A stretch of DNA of 64,000 nt, from the IMG/VR virus record IMGVR_UViG_3300023179_000011, positions 135,846 to 199,845 of that record; one strand, written 5' to 3'. The notes under the pieces are model-generated. The model was not told where the DNA came from and ran no database searches. It was given only the letters and a program-made list of their open reading frames with translations. The position numbers and the translations under genes are program-made. Positions within the stretch are counted from its first letter, which is position 1. Every line of letters begins with the position of its first letter. This DNA is from a virus. Positions 28,628-38,640 of the stretch are shown piece by piece.

Positions 28628-31600
28628 CTACTCGTCCGAGTCAAGAATGCTTTTACTGGGCTGCGGTTTTACGTCTGGATATTTTAACAGCCGGCGCTTC
28701 TTCTTTGAAAGCGGTCGTTTTGGTGTCAGCGACAGCTCTTTAAACACGGCGCCAGTTTTCTCCTGCGCCTCGTCTTTTGTGAGTTCTCTGCGCCGCCGCT
28801 TGAGATACTTTTTTAACTCCTGCTCCTGATAGGCTTGGAGCATGGTTTTAATTCCGTCAGCGCGCGTTCGAGACACCAGCTTGGCCGGATCGATCGCCCA
28901 GTGCTGCAGCGCCCAACCGCGACGGGGCGTGGGATTAGACATAAACGGCCCGCCATGGCGCGCTTTGAAGCTCGCCCAGCGCTTAATCTGGCGCGTATCT
29001 TCGTCGGGGATTCTGCGCCCAGAATTGTAGTTCTGGTACCACTCCAGCCAGCCTTTAGGATCGTGTTCGGTCACCCATTCGGGTTTCCATTCGCCCAAAC
29101 TCGCTAGCCGCGGACCTTCTTTCTCGTAAAGCGACTTATACACGCCCATGCGATGTAACTGGCCGGGTGTAAAATCAGGCGTGAAGTTGGGGACATCGGC
29201 CGCGGATTTTTTCACTAAAAGGTCGCGAAGTTCTTGCGGCACGTCGGCGCCCGCGCGAATAGCGTCACGAATATGTTGTTTTTGAAATGCAACAACAGCG
29301 TTGTTGAATGTGCGATCGTTTAACTCAAGATTGGGGGTGTACTGCGGAGCTGGGAGCAGCTTTGCAAACGCTGGTTGTTTGTTGCCGTGGAAAAACACAT
29401 AAAGTTTTTTGCCTAACTCGTTTTTAGCCGCACCAAAACTAAAATCTGGATGTGTCAATTTTTCGGTAAGCCGGTCGTATCGCTTCGCGTCGGTCAGTTG
29501 CGCTGGTTGTGTGGGCGCCGCCGATAGCGCGTCGCGCAAAATGTCATGCAAGTTGCCGCGATGATAAGTGTCGAGCGCGATACGTCGTTCCGCAAGTAAC
29601 TCACGGGGCGACAAATTTTGTGCAGCTTCTTCTGGTTTGAGTTTTTTCAACCAGTTGCGATACAGTTTTGAACCGGCGCGCCAAGCTCGGGCTTCGGCCA
29701 GTAGTTGTGCGTTTCCGTATCGTTGCGCCAGATTTGCGGACTGACGCGCAGTCATACGCGACAAATCAATATGGTGGCCGAGTTCGTGAAAAAGGATGTC
29801 TGGGCTGTTTAACAGATTGGGCGCGCCAACAATACGCGCGCCAACGACCTGTGTGGGTTTGGCCGATTGCCCGAGAATAAAATTTTGCGCGTCTGAAAGC
29901 GAAGGATTTCCGGCTGCGTAAAACGCATTTAAACCGTCACCATACGACGGCGCATTGATTACGCGCGGCGGATGAATAAAACGACGACTGGCCGCTGTTG
30001 AATCTTGATTTGTAGCGGCAGTTACAACCTGTCGAATTGTTTTTGGTAAACGCCAGCCGCGCACCAGACCCGGATCGTCAACCTCTAAACTCTGCGCCGT
30101 CATCATGACCGGCGCGTCTTTGGGTAGTACCGGCCGGCTTAAAAACTTTTTTTGTCTATCGGCAAAGTGTTTTGCAAAGTTATACGTTTTTGCGCCCGTA
30201 TTATTTGACCAACTTGTCGCGCGCTCAATCAGTCGCGCCATACGTTCTGGACTCAATTTGCCAGCAAACGTTTGCGTCAACCCTTTATTTAACGCGCTGG
30301 TCACAAGCCGAGAAGAGATCGCTTGCTTCTCTTGTTCTTTTTCTTCCTTGTAACGCGAACCCTCTTCTTTCAGAATCTTGCGAAACAGCTCGTTGACTTG
30401 CTCTTTCTCGGCCGTGAGATGTTCCAATACTTCGTCGCCGGTGCGCTCGCGCTGATAACCCATGAGCTTGCCCAGAAAGCTCGGGTCTTGGCTGGCGCTT
30501 AGATATCTTTGAACTTGGACGTTCTTGAGTTCTTCAGGTAGATCCCGATGCGAGTCAAAGCGCAGACCGCGGCCACGGGCTTGCTGGCTGCGAGACTCGT
30601 GCCAATGCGGGTCTAGGAGCTGGATGAGGCTCGTGCCCTTGGTCGACAACCCTTCGGCGCCAGCAGGGCCAATTAAGAGCGCCCGCAGCTTGCCTTGGTT
30701 GTATGCGTCCACGGCAGCTTGGCGCGCCTTTGTGCTAACGCCGCCGTGGAAAAACGCATGCGGGATCTTGGCTTTCTCTAGCCCAGCTGCATACGGGGCC
30801 AAGCCGGAGTCAATGAAGTTCGAGTAGATAATCGCCTTCTTGCGCTTGTCTTCGTTCAGTGTTTTCTGCAGATTCTGAAACGCTGTTTGTAACTTGGCGC
30901 TCTGCTGAAATGCCTTGGCCGGGTCTTTGTCAGCGCGAAACGGCTGCGTAGAAAGACTCACTTGGCGCAGGCCAGTCAAGAAGCTATTAAGTTTAGCCAG
31001 CTCGTCTTTCGATAGGGGAAACTCTTGGTCCAGTTTCCAAAGAAACCCCGGGGGAATCTTCGTGCGGATGGCTTTCTGAATCTTTTGCTGTTCCGCGCTC
31101 AGCGGCACTCGCACAACAGTATCATTAACATTTACGCCTTCTGGGGCTTTGCTTGGGTGATAATCCACCTTGCCGCGCAACAAGCTGCGCAATTCTTTCT
31201 CGTTCTTGACGACTGGCTTCACACCCGGTTTCACGCCGCGCAGCCAGCCAAACAAGCCCGGCCGCACGGTCTTGTAATCTATGTAGCGCTTCTCAAACTC
31301 TTCTGGCGTGATCTCTTTGTTATTCAACATGGACAACAAGTTAGCCAGATCGGTTGGCGAATTTGTGATCGGCGAGCCTGTTAATAACATCAGGCGCTTG
31401 GCTTGCGCGGCGGCTTCGGCAGCTCCGGCAGAACTGGCGCTTCCCGGATTACGAAGCCTGTGCGCCTCGTCCATGATCAGCGTGTCAGGCGGCTGCTGGA
31501 ACTTCTTGCCCAGCGCCAAACCCGTGTAGCTCATGATTTCAGGGTCTGAGTTGCGGGTAAATTTGGCAATCTCCTTTTCAAAGTTGCCGCGCAAACTTGC

Positions 31601-31912
31601 TGGCACAACAATTCCATAATCTTCGCCGTAGCGCTTTTTCGCTTCTTCAGCAGCGGCCAGCGACGTAGACGATTTACCCGAACCTAAGCCGTGATACACG
31701 AGCAGGCGCGGATTTGCTCCGACAATCTGGTCTGATACCCGTGTTTGATGCGGATAAAGTTGAATGTCGGGGTTGAGATCGGCGACCTTGAGCCACACGC
31801 TGTCGGGCAGCGCAGACTTTTTATTTGGCGGCGATGCTTGTTTTAAACGCGCAGGCGCAACGCGTAGCACCTGCGCGAGTGTGTCTGATGTGTCGCCCAA
31901 AATGCTGTTCAT
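28628..31912 (-). CDS. SNF2-type SF2 helicase fused to an HExxH module and a further conserved viral module
   Basis: HGLGSGKS, DEAH, TGSP, EGL, QARGRGLR; then FHELGHH; then FTPDFTP...GWLEWY...GRR..DEDTRQIKRW. Confidence 0.85.
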   Translation of the reverse strand: MNSILGDTSDTLAQVLRVAPARLKQASPPNKKSALPDSVWLKVADLNPDIQLYPHQTRVSDQIVGANPRLLVYHGLGSGKSSTSLAAAEEAKKRYGEDYGIVVPASLRGNFEKEIAKFTRNSDPEIMSYTGLALGKKFQQPPDTLIMDEAHRLRNPGSASSAGAAEAAAQAKRLMLLTGSPITNSPTDLANLLSMLNNKEITPEEFEKRYIDYKTVRPGLFGWLRGVKPGVKPVVKNEKELRSLLRGKVDYHPSKAPEGVNVNDTVVRVPLSAEQQKIQKAIRTKIPPGFLWKLDQEFPLSKDELAKLNSFLTGLRQVSLSTQPFRADKDPAKAFQQSAKLQTAFQNLQKTLNEDKRKKAIIYSNFIDSGLAPYAAGLEKAKIPHAFFHGGVSTKARQAAVDAYNQGKLRALLIGPAGAEGLSTKGTSLIQLLDPHWHESRSQQARGRGLRFDSHRDLPEELKNVQVQRYLSASQDPSFLGKLMGYQRERTGDEVLEHLTAEKEQVNELFRKILKEEGSRYKEEKEQEKQAISSRLVTSALNKGLTQTFAGKLSPERMARLIERATSWSNNTGAKTYNFAKHFADRQKKFLSRPVLPKDAPVMMTAQSLEVDDPGLVRGWRLPKTIRQVVTAATNQDSTAASRRFIHPPRVINAPSYGDGLNAFYAAGNPSLSDAQNFILGQSAKPTQVVGARIVGAPNLLNSPDILFHELGHHIDLSRMTARQSANLAQRYGNAQLLAEARAWRAGSKLYRNWLKKLKPEEAAQNLSPRELLAERRIALDTYHRGNLHDILRDALSAAPTQPAQLTDAKRYDRLTEKLTHPDFSFGAAKNELGKKLYVFFHGNKQPAFAKLLPAPQYTPNLELNDRTFNNAVVAFQKQHIRDAIRAGADVPQELRDLLVKKSAADVPNFTPDFTPGQLHRMGVYKSLYEKEGPRLASLGEWKPEWVTEHDPKGWLEWYQNYNSGRRIPDEDTRQIKRWASFKARHGGPFMSNPTPRRGWALQHWAIDPAKLVSRTRADGIKTMLQAYQEQELKKYLKRRRRELTKDEAQEKTGAVFKELSLTPKRPLSKKKRRLLKYPDVKPQPSKSILDSDE

Positions 31913-31925
31913 AGCAGCCGCACAA

Positions 31926-32774
31926 TTATTTTGACGCGCTGATATTTAAATCAGCCACGGGGTTGGGGCCCAGCGTCGCTTTGGCCGCCAGTGCCTGCTC
32001 ATACTGCTGGATCTGAGATTCTATCCAATCCACGTACAAACTCACACGGGTAAAAGCGCTGTCATCTCCGTACGTGCCGTCTGGTTTGCCGTCCGCGTGT
32101 GCTAAAAACGAACTAATCCCCGCCAGCTCATTACCGATAAACATGCCGCCCCCTGAATCTCCGGGGGCAATCATGAACTCCAGCGGTAAGCGCCCGGTTT
32201 TCCGCGGAGAACAAGCCACCACGGAGAGAAACGCCGACGATAATTTGTTGTGACCGGCGCGGCGTTTATTGTCGGATGTCTTTGCGCCGGTGACAAAATT
32301 ACCCGTCGCGCCCCAGCCCGCAATAGTCACATTTTGCCCGATCTCGTCGTTTTTGCGATACAGCGGTACATAGAAGTCCAGCTTAAAATCGTTATCAACA
32401 TAACACAGCGCGATGTCGTGCAGCCCAACCCGCTCTTCGTCATAATCGGCGTGCTGGATTTTATACGCGACACGATATTTTTTGTCGCCTACATGAATTG
32501 CGTCATCTTGCGCGCCATTAATAACGTGCGCGGCAGTTAAAGCCCAGCGCGGTTTAATAATGACCGCGGACGCATGCTGCTCATGGTGCTTATCGCAGTC
32601 CTTACAGTCGATGTTATTGCTGATCCGCACCACAAATGGAAACTTTTTGCCGAACTCAATGTATTGTTCGTCTGGTGTGCTGGGGTCGATCGTGCCGGCC
32701 ATTGCGACACGCGAAGAGACGACAAAAACGATCACGTAACGTAGCAGGCGGGCAAACAGTTCTTGCGCATTCAT
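31926..32774 (-). CDS. Trypsin-like (S1) serine protease with an N-terminal signal/TM segment
   Basis: LTAAH, HDIAL, GDSGG. Confidence 0.92.
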   Translation of the reverse strand: MNAQELFARLLRYVIVFVVSSRVAMAGTIDPSTPDEQYIEFGKKFPFVVRISNNIDCKDCDKHHEQHASAVIIKPRWALTAAHVINGAQDDAIHVGDKKYRVAYKIQHADYDEERVGLHDIALCYVDNDFKLDFYVPLYRKNDEIGQNVTIAGWGATGNFVTGAKTSDNKRRAGHNKLSSAFLSVVACSPRKTGRLPLEFMIAPGDSGGGMFIGNELAGISSFLAHADGKPDGTYGDDSAFTRVSLYVDWIESQIQQYEQALAAKATLGPNPVADLNISASK

Positions 32775-32812
32775 GGCAAGCCCCCAGTCTTAGATATGTA
32801 AGTGTTGTTATC

Positions 32813-34825
32813 TCATGCTTGTTGTTGTGGCTGTAGGAGTTTCATCGATTTGGCAAACATGTGCGGATCGAGCTTGGGCTGCGGCGGAAGTTTAGGCGAG
32901 CGCCACAGGCTCTGATTCAGACCCGTGAGGCCGTATCCCGCGGCGCCCATCAGGCCCATGGCGCCAATACCGGCGCCTACGCGGCCACGGAAACCTTTCG
33001 TGAGGTCTTTGAGCGCTTGGCCTTTATGCGTGACCAACACAGGTTCAAAAATATCACTGAGTGCGACACGATTGGGCAGCCAAGCGTTAGGGTCGCCCTT
33101 GAACTTGCCGCCGATCAGGCGCTCATACAAGCTTGCCGGACCGCCCCCGCAGTGCGTACCGACGCAGTTTCCGCGACCAAACATACGTCGAAACGTATTC
33201 AAGCCAGCTACTTCGCCAACAGCTGTCTGCCCGGCGGCCACGCCAGCATACGGGTCGATGCCCATGCGCTTGGCGGCGTCTAAAAACTCTTTCTCGTTTT
33301 TAATTTTGGCGCGAAACTGTTCTTTAACTCGCAGCCACAAAGTCGGTTTGTGGCCCACTGGTTGATTTTTGCCGCGATAATACCCGGGCGGATTCTGACT
33401 CGAACCCTCGGTGACTGTGTGTTTATAAACATTGTCAGCGCCGTGAGGAACTAGCCGTTGGGGCCGTTCTTCTAGCTGGCGCTCAACAGTTTTAATCCAA
33501 CCGCCGTCGTGTAAACCGGTATTGTCACGATAACCGTCTAGCCAGTCGCGCACAGCGTCACGAGCGCCGCGAAAGCCTTTATGCCACCAACCCTTAACGG
33601 CATCTTTAGGTAAATTTGCGCCGTGCGCCGCGATGTAATCAGCTGGTGTACTGCCAAGATTTGTAGCGCTCATGCCGCCGTGTAATAAACTAGGCACAAA
33701 CGTCTCAAACTGCTTCGGTTTAAATAACTTTGACTTGGGCAACGCGGCGGGATTTCCACCAGCTGCTTCAAGAAGAGCTTCGATCGTGCGCTTTTGAGTC
33801 GGCGTCTGCGGGCCGCGTGCTTCGAGACTGCGGGCAAGATTGTCCCAACGTTCTGGCGCTGTCCGGCGAAGATTCTGAGCAATTTGCTTGAATTTAGGAT
33901 TCTTCGCGGCCAGTTCGTCAAAGCGTTTGGCAAGTGCTTCTTGGCGTTCAGTGCTACCTGTCAGTTGTGTTAATTCGCGTTCAAAGTTTTTTGCTTTTGT
34001 GTCTGGCCCGTCAAAAAACCCACCCTCAAAAGTTGGCGACCATTTTTCGCGAACACGCCCGCTAGGGCTGGTTGTCAGTTCACCTGTTTGTGTTTTGCCT
34101 GCGTCTTCTGAGACTCGCGCCAGAAAACGCTTGAAACCTTTGACAGCTTTGGTCTTCGCGGCGACAGCTTTATTTACTTCCGCGAGATCGGGCCGCGGAA
34201 CTTTTGGTGGCGTGGCAGATTTACCAGCGCGGACTGCGGCGTCGTATGTGTCCCACGCTTTTTGTCGCGCTTGCAGCTGCGCTAATTGCCTTGTCCGACC
34301 GCGCAGGCGTTCTTTGGCGTTGCCATACGCCTCGGTGCCCTGCATGTTCTCTTTAGCGTCGGCCGCTACAGACTTGCGCCACGCTTTCGGATCGCGCATC
34401 TGGGGTGAATACAACTCGCCGCGGTCGTTGATGAGATACGGCAGCGGGGGGCCAAGTTCTCCTTTGGGTACGCCTGTTACGCTCCAGTGCGGGCGCACAT
34501 ACGGGCCAGCAACTTGGCCGTGGGCGCCCGGACCGCCCGACGCAGCGTGTGACCCGCGCACTAACGTGGTTGTAAATCCGTCGCCGCCGTCCTGTAAGCC
34601 AGATAGGCCGAAATCGCCCGGCTGAACTTCCTGCATGACCTTTTTTAGATCCACAAGGCCGTTGGGCAGCGTGGCGTCAGGAGCCGCTTCCAGAATCTTG
34701 CGGTACTGCGGGTACTCGCGAAAAATGTACTCCAGCAGACTTACGCCGGGCGGAAGCGCTGCAATGCCGGCGCCTACGGGGCGGTAATCAAACGGCGCTT
34801 TTGACGAAGATTCTTGTGTGGGCAT
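32813..34825 (-). CDS. Large hypothetical protein, probably virion-associated
   Basis: 670-aa ORF; Gly-rich hydrophobic C-terminus like its neighbours. Confidence 0.7.
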   Translation of the reverse strand: MPTQESSSKAPFDYRPVGAGIAALPPGVSLLEYIFREYPQYRKILEAAPDATLPNGLVDLKKVMQEVQPGDFGLSGLQDGGDGFTTTLVRGSHAASGGPGAHGQVAGPYVRPHWSVTGVPKGELGPPLPYLINDRGELYSPQMRDPKAWRKSVAADAKENMQGTEAYGNAKERLRGRTRQLAQLQARQKAWDTYDAAVRAGKSATPPKVPRPDLAEVNKAVAAKTKAVKGFKRFLARVSEDAGKTQTGELTTSPSGRVREKWSPTFEGGFFDGPDTKAKNFERELTQLTGSTERQEALAKRFDELAAKNPKFKQIAQNLRRTAPERWDNLARSLEARGPQTPTQKRTIEALLEAAGGNPAALPKSKLFKPKQFETFVPSLLHGGMSATNLGSTPADYIAAHGANLPKDAVKGWWHKGFRGARDAVRDWLDGYRDNTGLHDGGWIKTVERQLEERPQRLVPHGADNVYKHTVTEGSSQNPPGYYRGKNQPVGHKPTLWLRVKEQFRAKIKNEKEFLDAAKRMGIDPYAGVAAGQTAVGEVAGLNTFRRMFGRGNCVGTHCGGGPASLYERLIGGKFKGDPNAWLPNRVALSDIFEPVLVTHKGQALKDLTKGFRGRVGAGIGAMGLMGAAGYGLTGLNQSLWRSPKLPPQPKLDPHMFAKSMKLLQPQQQA

Positions 34826-34940
34826 AGTGCAACCGTCGCTTTTGCTAACAATATCTCGCCCATTCTACTGCGCTCTATTCTATTACAAAAGACGAGCCGG
34901 GCAGAAAACTCGTTACGGCGGCCCCAAAACAGTTACCGGA

Positions 34941-34955
34941 GCGCTGATAGCTAAA
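34941..34955 (+). repeat. Junction motif GCGCTGATAGCTAAA (left boundary of the first unit)
   Basis: Inverted 14/15 copy at 35672-35686. Confidence 0.85.
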
Positions 34956-34995
34956 AAAACGCTTAGCAGCCGGAAGTAGTTAACTCCCGGACTGC
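34953..34995 (-). terminator. Intrinsic terminator
   Basis: GCAGTCCGGGAGT/ACTTCCGGCTGC hairpin, then a T7 run. Confidence 0.7.
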
Positions 34996-35031
34996 GTCTG
35001 CGTTCTTCGGCGGAGGTTGTCGATACAACAC

Positions 35032-35565
35032 TCACGCCTCGTCATCGGCATCGTCTTCGTCTGCAGCGCCGTACAACTCTTCTTCGAGTTCACGGCGGTA
35101 GCGGGCGAAACGAGCTTTGACAACTTCGAGACCTTCGGCCGTGGTCTCCTGCACGCCCTTATTGGGGTACAGGCCGCCGTAGCGGGCCGCGCGCTCTTCG
35201 ATGTCTCGCAGGTATCGAACGGCGGCGCGGTAACTGGTGAACGTGTTGTCCCAGTCGCCGTAGCCGTCGTAGTTCGTGCCTTCCGAGATGTAGAAGAAAC
35301 CAGCGCGGTCCTCGACGTCGAGCGCAGCTTCGTAGCTGTCGTTCTCTCCGTCGGCCTTGGCGAGACAGTCATCGCAGTACATCACCGGCTCCCATCCGAA
35401 GGAGTCGGTTTCGCCTTGCGTGATAACCGTCGCCGCGTTTTCGCACTCGCAGTTGTAGCCCTCGCACTTGTCGAAGCTGACAACGAAAGTGCCACCGGGG
35501 CCGGCGCCGAACTGCAGAGTCTTACCAACGTCGGCAGGGATACGGGCCTTGATCGTCAGTGCCAT
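35032..35565 (-). CDS. Acidic hypothetical (early-type) protein with Cys pairs
   Basis: AAGGAG RBS; own promoter and terminator. Confidence 0.75.
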   Translation of the reverse strand: MALTIKARIPADVGKTLQFGAGPGGTFVVSFDKCEGYNCECENAATVITQGETDSFGWEPVMYCDDCLAKADGENDSYEAALDVEDRAGFFYISEGTNYDGYGDWDNTFTSYRAAVRYLRDIEERAARYGGLYPNKGVQETTAEGLEVVKARFARYRRELEEELYGAADEDDADDEA

Positions 35566-35648
35566 GATTATCTCCTTGGATGTATGGCGGTGAGACGGCT
35601 AGAGACACAACACGTGGCTTACCAGCAAAGAGCTAGGCTCCTCACTAA

Positions 35649-35676
35649 ATATACCCGGTTTTAGCCGTTTATTTAG
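35649..35676 (-). promoter_or_regulatory. Putative phage promoter CTAAATA-N17-ATAT, copy 1
   Basis: Identical spacing in six copies, each upstream of a minus-strand unit. Confidence 0.75.
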
Positions 35677-35679
35677 GTA

Positions 35680-38076
35680 TCAGCGCCCGGGCTTGCCGGC
35701 CGTCTGTCTGGTCGCGGCGTCAGCCTTGAAGCCGCCTAACGTCTTCTTGCCGTAGTGCGCAAGCAAGGGCGCAGAGGACGCCAGCATGTACGTGGGTAGG
35801 CCGACGAACGCCGCTCGGCCGCCCTTGAGCTTCATCTGACGCATGAGCTTGGCGCCACGACGAGACGCATCAAACTCAGACGCCAACATAGGCACTGCGC
35901 CGGCTGTACCAGCGATTGCCGAGTTGCGCGAATTAGTTTCGTTGTTCGAGAGAAGCGCTCCGGCCGTGCCCAACGCAATCGACGGCCGGCCGATTCTGTT
36001 TCCATACATTAGCGCTTTGCCGCCCATGTGGTGCCCTAACTCGTGCGCTAATACGCCGGGATTTTTCACATTCCAAGCATGGCCAATCGTCGGTTTTGAT
36101 ATCCCAACCCCCGGATTTGCCGGCGTATAAAACGCGGGACTTTGTCGCACGCTATCCGCAGCTGAGCGCCGCATTCTGTGCGTTATGTTATTCATGATAT
36201 CGCTAAACCAGCGGCCGGTCTGTCGCGGCGGCAGTTTTGGTTCAATCATGCGCGCAACGGCAAGATTATCTGTCACATCTACGCCTTGACTAGTCGCATA
36301 ATTACGGAGTTGCTGCCACGCCTGCGCGCTTTCAGGTGTCGGGGTCGCAGTCATTTCTGGCCGTGCAACACGGTTCATGTACGTGCTTAGCGGCACGCCA
36401 ATCGTTGCCTGTGTCGCGGGCATGCCGCCGAGATACCAACCAACTGAGTGGCCTAAACCGGGCTTAGCGGGTTCTTTTTTTTTAACGTCATCGGCTGCGA
36501 GCTTGGCAAACTGCGCACCAAATTCCATCGCGCTGGAGCACTTGCAGTTCCATTTGCGCAGGGATTTATTAATGCGCGAATCAGGATCAGACTTGGTCTT
36601 GCTGCCGGTGTTTACCCGCTTCATGCCACACATCCGCGAGCAGAAAGAGTTCTGGCGCTTGGCCCGTTCGCCCGTGGGTTTACTCTCAGTCACGGGGGCT
36701 TTTAAGTTCCCGCCTGTCTCACGTTCGTAGCTTTTGCGCCCCTTTTCATTGAGCCCGCCTTCAGGATTCTTACCGGCCGAACGCTGCCAAGCTGGTGTGC
36801 CGGCCATCTTCTCGCCGCCTACAGAGTTAGCCGTCCCAAACGCTGCGTTACCTGTAATATCACCCGTCGAAGACAACGCGCCGTATGAATTAATGGGATT
36901 AGCGTTGGGAGATGAACCGCCGCCAACCGGGGGTAGCTGGCCAGACGGAGCAGGGGAACCCATGTTCGGGGGTTGCGCGGCCGGGGCCTGTGGTTGAGCC
37001 TGCGGCGCCTGTGCTTGCATGCCCATAGGCAGGGGCGTACCCATCGCAGGCATGGCGTAGCGCTTAATTCCGGCGTTTGCAGGCATCCGGGCGGCCTCTC
37101 GGGCCTCCATTTCAGCCTGTTCATTCTCTAGCGCCTGCATAATCGGCTGCGACAAAACAGCAGAAAGCTTCGCCATTAACGGGTTTACTTCACTTTTTGG
37201 CTTTATTTCCGAGTTACATCTTTCGCCCTTGGTTTTGACGACCTTGGGTGGATTTTCACCTGCAACCGTGGGCTTATCACTGGCCGGTTGCTCGATATAC
37301 ACCTCTTTGGTATCCGCTTTCTTGGATAATTTTCTGTAAATATCGAGCGCGACAGAATTTACAGCCGATTGTTTATGAGTTGTCATGGGAGATTTGTTTG
37401 CAAAGGCTGCATTAATAGGAGATTGGCTCGTGGAACCGGTTACATGCGGTAAAAACCCGACAACTCCACCAACGCCAAGGTTCATAACACCGTTTGCGAC
37501 CCCAATACCCTTTTCTAATGTCTCTGTGGGGAGTTCGCCGTGTTGTGTTACATAGCGCTGGGTCTGATTCTGAAGTTGCTGGACGTCTTTATAAGCTTTA
37601 GTAGCTTTGTCGACGGTACTTTTGTTGACGTTTGCGAAAGTCTTGGGAAGTTTTGAGTTTACAAGTTTATCAGAGAGTTCCAGTTGCCGTGCGGACAGGA
37701 CAGCAGCGTTAGGTAGGCGCTTGAGCAACCTGTACGAGCGCATGGGGTTAAAAAACAGCACGCTTTCCCTTGCTGCATTTTGGAACAACTTCTGCAGCAT
37801 CGGTGAACCGACGCGTTTTGATAACATTCCGGCAGCTGCAAGGCCCGCGGTTGTGCCCAGCGTACTTAACCCGGCCGCAGCAGCAGTGTCTCGGGCAGCA
37901 GCACCGGGCGAAAAGTCTGCTTTCTTTGATTCGGGTTCTGGTTCTTTGTCTTTTTTCTCGTCAGACGCGTACATGGGGAGTTTCTTTTTCGTCGGATACT
38001 CGTGCGCCCAGCGTTTGGCGATGTCTGGATGTTCTGCCCAGAGAAATCGACGCTGTTTTTCAGAACGAAATGGCAT
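35680..38076 (-). CDS. Modular virion-type protein with a DUF6321-like module and a C-terminal Zn-peptidase module
   Basis: GKNPEGGLN...FCSRM...RKWNC; LAHELGHH...SEFDASRRG; many K-x-A sites and AMEFGAQFAKLAA. Confidence 0.75.
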   Translation of the reverse strand: MPFRSEKQRRFLWAEHPDIAKRWAHEYPTKKKLPMYASDEKKDKEPEPESKKADFSPGAAARDTAAAAGLSTLGTTAGLAAAGMLSKRVGSPMLQKLFQNAARESVLFFNPMRSYRLLKRLPNAAVLSARQLELSDKLVNSKLPKTFANVNKSTVDKATKAYKDVQQLQNQTQRYVTQHGELPTETLEKGIGVANGVMNLGVGGVVGFLPHVTGSTSQSPINAAFANKSPMTTHKQSAVNSVALDIYRKLSKKADTKEVYIEQPASDKPTVAGENPPKVVKTKGERCNSEIKPKSEVNPLMAKLSAVLSQPIMQALENEQAEMEAREAARMPANAGIKRYAMPAMGTPLPMGMQAQAPQAQPQAPAAQPPNMGSPAPSGQLPPVGGGSSPNANPINSYGALSSTGDITGNAAFGTANSVGGEKMAGTPAWQRSAGKNPEGGLNEKGRKSYERETGGNLKAPVTESKPTGERAKRQNSFCSRMCGMKRVNTGSKTKSDPDSRINKSLRKWNCKCSSAMEFGAQFAKLAADDVKKKEPAKPGLGHSVGWYLGGMPATQATIGVPLSTYMNRVARPEMTATPTPESAQAWQQLRNYATSQGVDVTDNLAVARMIEPKLPPRQTGRWFSDIMNNITHRMRRSAADSVRQSPAFYTPANPGVGISKPTIGHAWNVKNPGVLAHELGHHMGGKALMYGNRIGRPSIALGTAGALLSNNETNSRNSAIAGTAGAVPMLASEFDASRRGAKLMRQMKLKGGRAAFVGLPTYMLASSAPLLAHYGKKTLGGFKADAATRQTAGKPGR

Positions 38077-38289
38077 GGCGTAGCTCGTAGGACAATGAAC
38101 TCAGAGGAAATCCCGGATAGTTGAGCTGAACTAGTCGGAAAAACCTACAAGTTGGTGCGCGCGGCTGTTCCCAAGCTGAATACGCCTCATTTTGGCAGAA
38201 GAAGGCTGAGAAGAAAAGGGTGTTTGAGCGTCTGGTATAGTGGAAGGTGGCTTGGGGAAGAGATTGGACGCTTGGACATGGAGGTTACT

Positions 38290-38619
38290 ATGAAAACGCT
38301 ACAGATTTTGTTATTTAGCCTGTTATGCGTGATAGGGCTGGGATCCGTGCGCGCTGATTCGGTGTTAATGTTCTCGGCTGACTGGTGCAAGTACTGCCAG
38401 ATGGCCAAAAAAGACATGCTGGAGAACAAAGACGAGGTTGATACGTGGGCCGTGGATATTATTGATACCGATGTGAGCAAGGAAATCGTGAAAGAGTACC
38501 GGGTTCGGACTCTCCCGACGTTTATCTATCTAAATGACGCCGGGGAAGAGGTCGACCGGCAGGTAGGCTACAAGGGCTACCGCCAGTTGAAGCGCTGGGT
38601 CGAAAAGAATAAGCGCTGA
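38290..38619 (+). CDS. Exported thioredoxin-like protein
   Basis: GGAGG RBS; signal peptide; FSADWCKYC; TLPTF; stop codon lies inside the junction motif. Confidence 0.88.
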   Translation: MKTLQILLFSLLCVIGLGSVRADSVLMFSADWCKYCQMAKKDMLENKDEVDTWAVDIIDTDVSKEIVKEYRVRTLPTFIYLNDAGEEVDRQVGYKGYRQLKRWVEKNKR

Positions 38620-38627
38620 TAGCTAAA
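38613..38627 (+). repeat. Junction motif GCGCTGATAGCTAAA
   Basis: Exact copy; continues TAAAC as in promoter copies 1 and 3. Confidence 0.85.
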
Positions 38628-38640
38628 TAAACAGCGCCAG

